DNA of 64,000 nt from Octopus vulgaris (taxonomy: Eukaryota), in the NCBI GenBank assembly GCA_951406725.2, contig OX597820.1:24800001-24864000 (forward strand), read 5' to 3'. Position 1 is the stretch's first letter; every line of letters begins with the position of its first letter. Shown here piece by piece: positions 53,206-64,000 of the stretch. The translations under genes and the position numbers were made by a program. The notes under the pieces were generated by a model. It had not been told where the DNA came from. It searched no databases and saw only the letters and a list, made by a program, of their open reading frames with translations.

Positions 53206-54384
53206 GTAAAGACATTCTGTTTCATGTTTCAAGGTTTGCTTTCTGCAAATACAATCATCCGTATGTGCCTTCAACATAAACTCTTATGTATTCAACGAGT
53301 AAAGTTTGAGTATTCTTATTTTCTTGTTCTCTTTTAAGACGTTCACTAGGTAACGTACGGAAGAATCTCATCATTGCCTGATACCACTGGCTGCATTATT
53401 CTACACATTGTTATCTAATAAATACACCATCATTTGACCAATTAGAAGTAATCCTACTAGTGTTATTAAACAATAGCAGGATGTCTAGCAAATAAAAAAA
53501 AAACGGCGTAGAGACTCCCTCTTTCTCTCAGACTAAATATAAAGGATAGTAGTTGACAGTGTTTTAATTTAAGGTCCACATTGAATCTACAACGATGGAT
53601 TTTTTTTTAGTCCCACCATGCAGTGTAACATCAAAATTACTTATCAAAATGGCTTCTCCTTGTTAGCTTGGCCACTTTACGCGACGATATTCTAATATTC
53701 TATGTAGGTATAGATCCTTCTACACCAAGAGATTCAGGGTACTTTGTGCCAACCGTCCACTGCTTCCCACCAGGTTTGGCTTTGGTGTGCAGTTGTACTC
53801 GCACCTTCTCCTTCAATTCCTATTGGCTTGACTTGGTACATCTTGCAAATCTCACATTTTCATTCATGTTATATCATACTACAATGCATTCTGTAATGTA
53901 TAATTCTGATTATTCATCAGAATATATGCACTCACTGAAGTATTCAAGAATATACAAGAAATTTATTCACTTAGTAAATAAGCAGACATGTACACGTATA
54001 CAAATATATCTGTAGGATGATTTCTAAATCAAACAATGTTAAATACACACTTATGTGTGTATATATATATATATATATGTATGTATGTCTATGTATGCAT
54101 GTGTGTATATATATGTATGTGTGTATATATATGTATGTGTATGTATGCATGTTTTTATGAATGTATTTATGCATGCGTGTGTATCTGCATGTGTGTGCAT
54201 GTACGCATGTATGCATATATGTTTGTATATGCATATATGTGTAAATATATACATACCAGAGCAAGAACATAATTGTGAAACAAGGTGGAAAAAAGAGTAC
54301 TCAAATACCAGAGGTAGAGTAATATGGTTTACTTAAAAGCAGCAGAAATATATACATATACACATATATATATATATATGTGCG

Positions 54385-54463
<79 letters not shown>

Positions 54464-54471
54464 TATGTACG

Positions 54472-54512
<41 letters not shown>

Positions 54513-54873
54513 AATTGGCTAATACCCATTCTTATGATGCATTGATGTGCATAGGTTACATATATTTGTGGCATTGAATGCTAAACTTTCAGTTGCACAT
54601 AGGTCAAATTAGATTAATTATTACTGCAGTAATTAGGAACTGAGGGGAATTGAACAAGATCATTATCTGCACAGTTAAGAATTATTAATTATTATATTTG
54701 GTAAACTATGTTTTAATTAACATATAGTTACATAGTTTTATGGACCAGCATGTCAAAGAGATTTTAATCTCATATGTGCAAGATTCATATTGCGTTAGAT
54801 CAAAAAGATATGTATATATATTTATGGTGGGGGACAGGGCGTCTCGATTGATCATAAATAGAAACTAAACATT

Positions 54874-54929
<56 letters not shown>

Positions 54930-54951
54930 TTATATATATATATATATATGT

Positions 54952-55017
<66 letters not shown>

Positions 55018-55142
55018 ATCTATATGTATATATATATATATGCATATATATATATATGTGTGTGTATATGTATGTGTGTGTATGTATATATATAAATATG
55101 TATATATATGCATGTATGTATATATATATGTGTATATATATG

Positions 55143-55207
<65 letters not shown>

Positions 55208-56060
55208 GTATATATATATGCATGTATGTATATATATGTATATATATGTATATATATATATATGTGTGTGTATATATACATTATATATATATATATGTAT
55301 GTATGCATGTATATATGTATGTAATATATGTATGTATCTTTATATATGTCTGTGTGTCTGTATATATATATGTGTCTAGGGAGAGTCTTTATGCTAACAT
55401 TATTAACACATGCTGGTTTAAGTTCACATCTTTATCATTAGTCAATTGATTAAATATACAACTAATTAATCGATGGTTAATTAATATGGTTAAACAGTAA
55501 GTCGTTTGTTTGTTTGTTCTTTCGTTTGTCGCAGCTCTTTCATTGTGACTTGCAGTCTTCCCGATGACTTTTGACTTAGTCAGTTACGATGGCTGCGTTG
55601 GTCTGCTTCGGGCTTTGTTGCGTGCATTTGTATGCATGCCAATTGTGCGCATGTGCTTGCGTACGTATGTATTCTTCTATGCATTTATGCGTTTGTGTGT
55701 GTGTATTTGTGTGTGTGTGTGTGTGTGTGCGCCCGCGTACGTTTGTGTGTGTGTGTTTGTGTATGTACGTATGTGTGTGTGGTTTGTGTGTGTTTGTGTG
55801 CGTACTTCTGCTTTCTTGTGCGTACGTGGTTGGCTGTGTCTATACGTATGAGTTCCAACGCACGAAATCACATAAGTAATCTTTATGTTCGCCGCACGCA
55901 CACGCTTGTGCCTTTATGCATTCAGTGAAGCTTTACATCGACTGCTATTTCCATCAAACATTGGTGCCTTGTTGTGCCATTATTTCCTATTTATAATTCT
56001 AACTTTACGGTGCTTTATTTAGCTGGAAAATAATACTATTATATTGCAATAATATTTGTA

Positions 56061-56116
<56 letters not shown>

Positions 56117-56265
56117 GTATATATATATAATATAGGATAAAATTTTTCGAAAAAAATTTTATCAATGGCCAGCATATTAAAAAATACCTTTAAAGGTTAA
56201 ATTTATAAATAACCTATAAAACAAGGTCAAAACAAAAAAAATCTAGTGCCAAATATGTATGTATG

Positions 56266-56299
<34 letters not shown>

Positions 56300-56963
56300 T
56301 GTATGTATGTACGTATGTATGTATGTATGCATGTTTGTGTGTGTGGATCGTTGGCGATTTTTTTCCTCTGTCATCCTTTTCCCTTGGACTTTCCTCCGTC
56401 TCCTGTTTCTGACGAAGAGCTTTGCTCAAAAGGTAAAGCTACTTTTCTTTCCTTCCCTGAGCGTCTGCTAATACTTTGCATGTACCACGTCCTCGTGCTG
56501 CTGTTTTTTTTTTCTTGTGTTTTTCCTCTTTTTATTTGGGATTAATTATATATATATAGATTATGGTCCACTACAGCTGCTGCAGAAGCGTTCTTTTTTT
56601 ATGAACGAAACTATTACGTCATGCAAACGTTTTCTTCAGGTGTATAAAGATAAAAATTAACCACCAGAACTTCTCACAAAACAAAAGATAGTCAGACGGC
56701 TCAATCAACCTAATGTCGGCCGGAGAGTGAGTAGCTTAAGTTGTCACTAAGTTTATGGGCGCTATCCGTAAATCTACCTTGGTGATTTTACCATTTAAAT
56801 ATCTAAATATCTAATTCTTTCGGATTCTGAAAGTCTTATATACATATGACTTTATATATGTATATATATATATATGGCACCTTGGGCAAGTGTCTTCTAC
56901 TATAGCCTCGAGCCGACCAAAGCCTTGTGAGTGATAGACAGAAACTGAAAAGAAGCCCGCTGT

Positions 56964-57009
<46 letters not shown>

Positions 57010-57259
57010 TTCTGTGTTTGTGTGTGTGTGTGTGTGTCCCCAACATCGCTTGACAACCGATACTGGTGTGTTTATGTCCCCGTAACTTAGCGGTTCGACA
57101 AAACAGACTAATAGAATAAGTACTAGGCTTACGAAGAATAAGTCCTGGAGTCGATTTGCTCGACTAAAAGACGGTGCTCCAGCATGGCTGCAGTCAAATG
57201 ACTGAAACAAGTAAAAGAGTAAAGAGTATATATATGTGTGTGTGTGTGTATGTGTATAC

Positions 57260-57609
57260 ATATGGCAAATAAGGAAACGGAGAAGATTTAAAATCGACAG
57301 ACATCAGCCAGTAAACATTCAAGTAAGTCTATTTATTCAATTGTAAAGGATGAATACGCTCACTTGTATGACTTATGCAGATTAGGGTGTGGAAAAAGCT
57401 GGTAACTGCACAGACAAGAGTGTGAATACATATAAGTATATAGAAACATATGGGCAACTGAACAAATGAGCTTTTTCCACTCGCTAATCTGTTTAATTCA
57501 TACATGTGAATGTATTCATCCTTTACAATTGAATAAATAGATATACTTGGATTTTTACTGGCTTGTGTCTGTCGATTTTATATCCTCTCCGTTTTCTTAT
57601 TTGCCGTAT
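57260..57609. repeat. Diverged ~140-bp inverted repeat with a decayed hammerhead-like spacer
   Basis: Arms 57260-57400 and 57469-57609. The spacer contains ...GAAA-CATATG. Confidence 0.8.
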
Positions 57610-57769
57610 AAATCATGGATAAATCACTCTTTCACCTCCGCCCAGATATAATACTCAATTGCGAGATTGCCATGCAAAAATCTAGCACTTGACTATGAAT
57701 AATTGGGTACACTACCAGCATTAAATTGGATAGGTGCTATCTCTTAGTTGGTTTCTCAACCTCTAACTC

Positions 57770-58003
57770 ACACAGAAAAACACTGGGAATAAAACAACAG
57801 GGATCCTACTATAACGAGATAAACACGTGAACTGGGCGAGCAGAGGCTGCAGTTATTGGGAGATCGTGTGCGAGCTCAGCGCCGACTAGCGATCGCTTGT
57901 ATCAAACTTGCTAGTACTGCGGATTTCCACTCGTACTTCAAGACAAAAATTCGCACAGCAAATTACTCGTACAATGGTTCCCTCGTAATGCGAGGTTCTA
58001 CTG
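57770..58003 (-). mobile_element. Tigger/pogo-type terminal fragment
   Basis: Minus strand begins TA|CAGTAGAACCTCGCATTACGAG, a Tigger-like TIR. Confidence 0.6.
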
Positions 58004-58107
58004 TATAATATATGATATATATATATATATATGAGCGTCCAATAATACTATATTTGTTCCACGTCCTCGCGTTGTTGTGTTTTCTCTTTGTGTTTTCATA
58101 TTTGGAT

Positions 58108-58159
<52 letters not shown>

Positions 58160-58195
58160 AACATACATGCATACAGACAGACGTATACATACACA

Positions 58196-58548
58196 CAGGG
58201 TGATTCAAAAGTCTCCATACTTTTATTTTTTTATAAGAAACGGTTCATAACATCCCCTAGATCTCCTCTTGATTTCTATTTTGGGGGGCATTTGAAAGGC
58301 ATGGTGTATCGCGGAAAGATAAAAGACATAAATCATTTGAAGGAAGGCATCACCAACTAATTTGCACACGTATCACCAAATGTGTTCTTACGAGTTCACA
58401 ATGAGTGGGGTAAATGTATTGCAATGTGTATTCAAAACATTGGCAACCACATAGAGCCTGTTAAATAATTAAAAAAAACTGTTCTTATATACTGTTTCTT
58501 GTAAAAAGATACATTGTTCCTATGTATGGCGACTTTTGAATCACCCTG
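58196..58548 (+). mobile_element. Tc1/mariner internally deleted derivative
   Basis: TIRs cagggtgattcaaaagtc / gacttttgaatcaccctg|TA. Internal PRSPLDFYFGGHLKGMVY resembles the WPPRSPDLxPLDFxLWGxLK motif. Confidence 0.85.
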
Positions 58549-58571
58549 TACATATAGATTGACAGACAGAC

Positions 58572-58760
<189 letters not shown>

Positions 58761-59583
58761 CATGGATGGATGGATGGATGGATGGATGGATGGATGGATG
58801 GATGGATGGATGGATGGATGGACGGATGGATACATACATACAAACATATAGACATACATACATACAAACATATATACATAGATACATAAATACATACAAA
58901 CATACATGCAAACATACTTATATACGTATATACATAAATATATACAAACATATATAGATACATACAAACATACATACATTCATGCACATATAGATATATA
59001 CATTCGTGCATATATAGATATATACATACATACATACATATATCTATGCACACATACATACATACATACATGTATTACACACATACATAAATGACGAGTT
59101 TCTAGTTTCTGTCTACCAAATTCATTCACAAGGTATTGGTCTGCTCGGTGCGATAGTAGTAAACACTTGCCCAAGGTGCTGTACATTGAGAATGCGCCCG
59201 GAAACATTTGTACATCGAGCTTCTTAACCAAACAGTTATGCCTGTTCCTATTTTGCTTTCATTGTTACGACAAGAAGTCATTCACCTTCAGCGGTCAACA
59301 TTTTACAGCTATGTAAATGTTATTGCGACAATGACCGTATTTATTAGTATTTTTTAAGTTAACAGGCTGCAACAATTGTTATCGGTTACTGCGAGTAGTG
59401 GTCAGTGAATGCCGGTGAATTGTTCAATAGCAACTTAAAACGGACGATTCTCCCTTGATATTAAGCTGTCGACAATACTATCGTGGATCTAATTGCATAA
59501 CCTAAATACAAAAGAATATAAATTCGTATACAGACGTACACACACATTAATATATGTTGATAGGTAAATATATATATATATAT

Positions 59584-59689
59584 AGTCTTCGACGTTTCGA
59601 GCCCACGCTCTTCGACAGAAAGGGACGAGAAGAGAAAAATCCTCTCATTCCTTTCTGTCGAAGAGCGTGGGCTCGAAACGTCGAAGACT
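59584..59689. ncRNA. Inverted pair of minimal hammerhead-like motifs (ACGT family, A6U, GUC site)
   Basis: + copy cttt-CTGTCGA-A-GAGC(gtgg)GCTC-GAAA-CG-TC-gaag (59651-59686), and an exact reverse complement at 59584-59623. Confidence 0.6.
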
Positions 59690-59797
59690 TTTCCATTCTG
59701 CCCGAACGTCAAACTAATACAGCTGCTTGCTATTTCTTCGCCTGTCTTCGTCTTTTGTTTTCTGTAAATCTGATCTACACACACACACATACACACA

Positions 59798-59835
<38 letters not shown>

Positions 59836-60493
59836 ATATATATATATGCTACTTAATATACATGTATATATATATATATGTAAATATATGTATGCATATA
59901 TGCATACATATATATGTATGTTTATGTATGTATATATTCATAGGGATAGATGCATGTGTTTATATATATATATGTATGTATATATGTATATACGCATATA
60001 TATTTGTGTCTGTGTTCTCGCGCGCGCCGTGTGAAATTTTGCGAAACAGTAAACAAACCTAGAGATAACTTTTTTCTTTGTGATTCTCAATATGAAGGGA
60101 AGATAATTTCAAGAAGCAAGAGATCACTCAAGTCACTTTACAAGCGTGGGGAAAATACATTCTGGTCCTTATTTACAAAGACATCTTTTGACATAAATTT
60201 CGGTCCAATGAAACTCGTCAGCATTTTATATCTAGCCGAGCGTGTAGATCTGTAGATAAATGCTTTGATATAGGAAAAGAGGTACAATTATTTTCGGCAA
60301 CATATAGTGTTACCGTTATCATTAAACTGGAGATTTTATGCTCGTCGCTTGATGGTTAGTCATTTGACGATAACTCTGTCTGATTAAAAGACCCTTTGGG
60401 TATCATTTGCTCATAAAAGAAAGCTAAGATGAAAACAGACAAATATTCAGAAAGCTTCATTTACAAAATGAGGAGTAAAGCTATATAAAACAT

Positions 60494-60953
60494 ATTTCGT
60501 TTTTGGATTTGGTTTGCAAGATTCTTTATATGAGTTCGTGTGTTGAAGAATATTCTGTTGTGTCTGGGGAGAGTCATTCACTTTTAGTGCCTTTTTATAT
60601 AACACACACACAGGTAAAATTTCCACTTATTTCTTATTTTTATTTTCTAAAATTTTCGTTGCGTCTTGCAAACTTTTCAATAGTCTTGACTCGCCAGAGT
60701 CAAGCCTATTGAAAAGGTTGCAAGACGCAACGAAAATTTCCACTTATTTCTTATTTTTATTTTCTAAAATTTTCGTTGCGTTTTGCAACCTTTTCAATAG
60801 TCTTGACTCTCTGGCGAGTCAAGACTATTGAAAAGGTTGCAAGACGCAACGAAAATTTTAAAAAATAAAAATAAGAAGTAAGTGGATATTTTACCGGTGA
60901 GTGTGTTAAATAATAAGGCAATAAAAGAGAATGACTCTCCCCAGACACAACAG
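60494..60953. repeat. Multiply inverted array of one element end
   Basis: Four alternating-orientation copies of gagtcaagactattgaaaaggttgcaagacgcaacgaaaattt. Confidence 0.85.
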
Positions 60954-61639
60954 TATATTAAAACAGTTTATTATTTAGAAATTGAACAGAATAATTTAAA
61001 TAAAGTTCGATATGATCGGTTTGAGTGGAAAAAGTGTAAGTCTGTACAGATAAACTATAATCCCTTTTGAGGATATAATCCTTTTTTGCAATGTATCTCG
61101 AATGTGAATGTATCTGTAAATAGCTGCTTATAAAGTAGAAAAGTAACCTGGAACTAATCGCTTTAGAGTAATTCTTTCATAACCGTAGAAAGTGGGATAT
61201 GTGGTTCGGTTTCAAGGTGAGTGTGGTCGTGTTTCTTTTTTTTTATTTTTTATGTCGAAGGGATTTTTCATCCATTGCGTGATGAGCTTTTATTTACTTT
61301 TAAATTTCATTCGAGAATATTTATAAAATGGACTTACTGTTATATTTATAAAATAATAACCTTAAGTACAAACCTCCCTTTATAAATATTCAAATTAAAA
61401 TTCAGAAATAAAGTTGTAACATTAATATAATTTATCGTTGAATTTTTGCAGTTAATAAATTATATTCATGCTACATCTTCATTTTCTGAATTTTAATTTC
61501 AATATATATATATATATATATATATGTAGAAGGAACAGTCAAAACGACTGCTTCTTCTAGCGTGTAAAAATACCTGTTAAATGTAGTTTCTCTTGTGTTT
61601 AAATGTACACTATTTTATATTGAGAATATGTTGTCTATT

Positions 61640-63512
61640 GACGTTTTATACATGCTAGGCCACTTTTTATGCCTGCTAGGCAACGCATATCTGTCCACGA
61701 AGAGATAGAAAATTTGCTCCTCCTGTGGATCAATGAGAAGCAACTCACAGGAGATACGATTACTGAGACCATCATCTGCGAGAAAGCACGAGTGCTGTAT
61801 GGAGTTCTCCTGATGTAGAACCCTAGAACATCTATGGCCAGTCGTGGCTGGTTCAATGATTTGAAGAAGACTGGTGTTCATAGCGTCGTCAGGTATGGAG
61901 AAGCAGCGAGTTCTGACACGAAGGTAGCTGAGGATTTCGTGCGTAAATTCCGTCAGCTCATCGCAGCCGAGGGGTACATCGCACAACAGGTATTAAATTC
62001 TGATGAAACTGGTCATTTTTGGAAAACAAAATGCCCAGAAGAACATACATAACGGCAAAGGGGAAAAAAATGCCAGACCACAAGCTTATGAAAGATAGAT
62101 TAACTCTTAGCCTTTGTGTCAATGCGAGTGGAGACTTGAAGATTAAGCCACTACTTGTCTACCATTCCGAAAATTCACGTGTGTTCAAGTTGCACAAAAT
62201 CCTAAAGAAGAAGCTGCAGGTCATGTAGAGTGTAAATGTTAAAGCCTGGATCACCAGGCAATTCTTTACCAAGTGGGTCAACCTTATCCTCGCACCAGCA
62301 GTGAAAAAATGCATTCTGGACGACGATCTTCCTCTCAAGGCCCTCTTCATCCTCGACATTGCTCCTGCACTCCCACCTAACTTCGAAGATGATATCCGGG
62401 ACGAATTTAAATTCATAAAAGTTCTATACCTTCACGCAACACCACCCCTGTCTTACAGTCCATGGACCAACAGGTGGTTTCTAATTTTAAGAAATCGTAC
62501 ACTAAATGCCTGTTTCGTCGGTGCTTTAGAGTCACCGAAAATACAAAGCTAACCCTTCATGAGTTTTGGAAGGAGTACTACAACATTGTTAAGTGTCTGA
62601 AAATTATAAATATGGCTGGCAAGATGTAACGAGAACACTGAATTCTATTGGGAGGGACCTGTGGCCTGATTGCGTATCCGGAAGAGACTTTGAGTGGTTT
62701 GAGTTTGCGACACTTGTAATCGAGGAGATGGTGTCTCTTGGCAAGTCTATCGGCCTCGAGGTTGACAATGGGGACATTAACGATTTTGTCGAGGAGAACT
62801 TAGAGGAGCTGACGATAGACCAACTCCTGCAGCTTCAGGAGCAGCAGCATTCGGATACAGTGGAAGAGATTGGTTCCGCGGAGGAGGCCAGTGTAGCGGA
62901 GAAGGCTATTTCTACGAGTAATGTTGGTAAAGTGGCAGTATATTTCTGAATGTGTGGAAAAATACCATCTTGAAAAGGTATCTACAAGTCGTGCGGCTTT
63001 GGCGCATTTTCGTAACATTTTGAAGGTATGCAGACATCTCTTGATACCTTTTTAATGAACCGACCTGCAAGTGGAAAAGTGAAGAAAGGGTGTCCAAAAA
63101 ACTTAAATTAAGCGAAAAGAGACGACGCCAGAAATTATTCTTCCTGAAGTTTTACTAGAAGAAGATTCTCCTTCCAAACAATAGTCCTCCTCTTCTCTGT
63201 TCCATCGTCTTCCTTGCGCCCATTTCATCCCGTCTTTAAGGTAATTAAAGTAATAAAGCTAATTTACATATTTTTTTGCATTCTCTTTTATTATGTTTTT
63301 ATAATTGTCATTTTCCTTCTAACTGCATCTTTTCTGAATTTAAAACTCATAAAAGATAACTTCTGAGAGGGGCTTTTTTTGAGGGGGGGAGCTCGAACGG
63401 ATTAATTATATTTTAATTAATTTCAATGGGGAAAATTGATTTGTAAAACGAGTAAATCGTAAAATAAGGTCAGTCATGGAACTAATTAAACTCGTACTGC
63501 GTGGTATCATTG
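61640..63512 (+). pseudogene. Decayed Tigger/pogo (TIGD1-like) transposase with 3' TIR
   Basis: CENP-B HTH (LLLLWINEKQLTGDTITETIICEKAR), ASRGWF, GEAASSD, NSDETG, KDRLTL..CVNASGD and LFILD, with several frameshifts and stops. Ends ctcgtactgcgtggtatcattg|TA. Confidence 0.9.
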
Positions 63513-63546
63513 TATTATATTATCTTATCTTATCTTATCTTATATT

Positions 63547-63756
<210 letters not shown>

Positions 63757-64000
63757 GTATATATGTATGGATACAGACATCATTTATGAAATTATTTTGT
63801 TATAAATTTTTAAGAAGCGTCTATTCTGCCTGAGTTTAAATGATACTGTCAAGCACAACAAACTGGAAGTGTCGGTAGATAATATATCGACTCGGTGTAT
63901 TATGATAATTCGACAACTATTGCATACATGTGTTTACATAAATATGTCAACAAGTGAGCCTCTATAAAAGCATTTTATGTACTAGAATTAGTAAACAATT

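Noticed and set aside
53895-53930. Minus-strand CTGATGA with an ataat/attat stem
   Set aside because: GAAA is absent. It is explained as a simple local hairpin.

Overview
AT-rich, microsatellite-saturated animal genomic DNA. The SINE families and (TA)n/(CA)n/(TATG)n load point to an octopus (coleoid cephalopod) genome; this is an inference. The window is almost entirely intronic. Four widely spaced + strand exons (9582-9732, 17712-18002, 40163-40282, 53129-53205) splice in phase and encode the S2 ligand-binding lobe, M4 helix and start of the C-tail of an NMDA-type (GluN3-like) ionotropic glutamate receptor subunit. The introns hold a nearly intact CR1-type LINE ORF2, Hero (RLE) and RTE LINE fragments, decayed Penelope-like (PLE) RT and GIY-YIG fragments, Helitrons (one with an OTU domain), a Tigger/pogo relic, Tc1/mariner and hAT MITEs, and many tRNA-derived SINEs. 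The main unexpected signal is a dense set of minimal type-I hammerhead ribozyme motifs with palindromic helix III. Eight are well formed and about eight more are variant or decayed. They sit in short, sequence-unrelated elements wedged into (TA)n tracts, often with inverted and partial-tandem terminal repeats, which suggests a diverse population of PLE-derived or retrozyme-like mini-elements. One family has a compensated C3G/G8C catalytic core. All structures were folded by eye and no activity or database evidence is claimed. Most ORFs in the supplied track are microsatellite artefacts.
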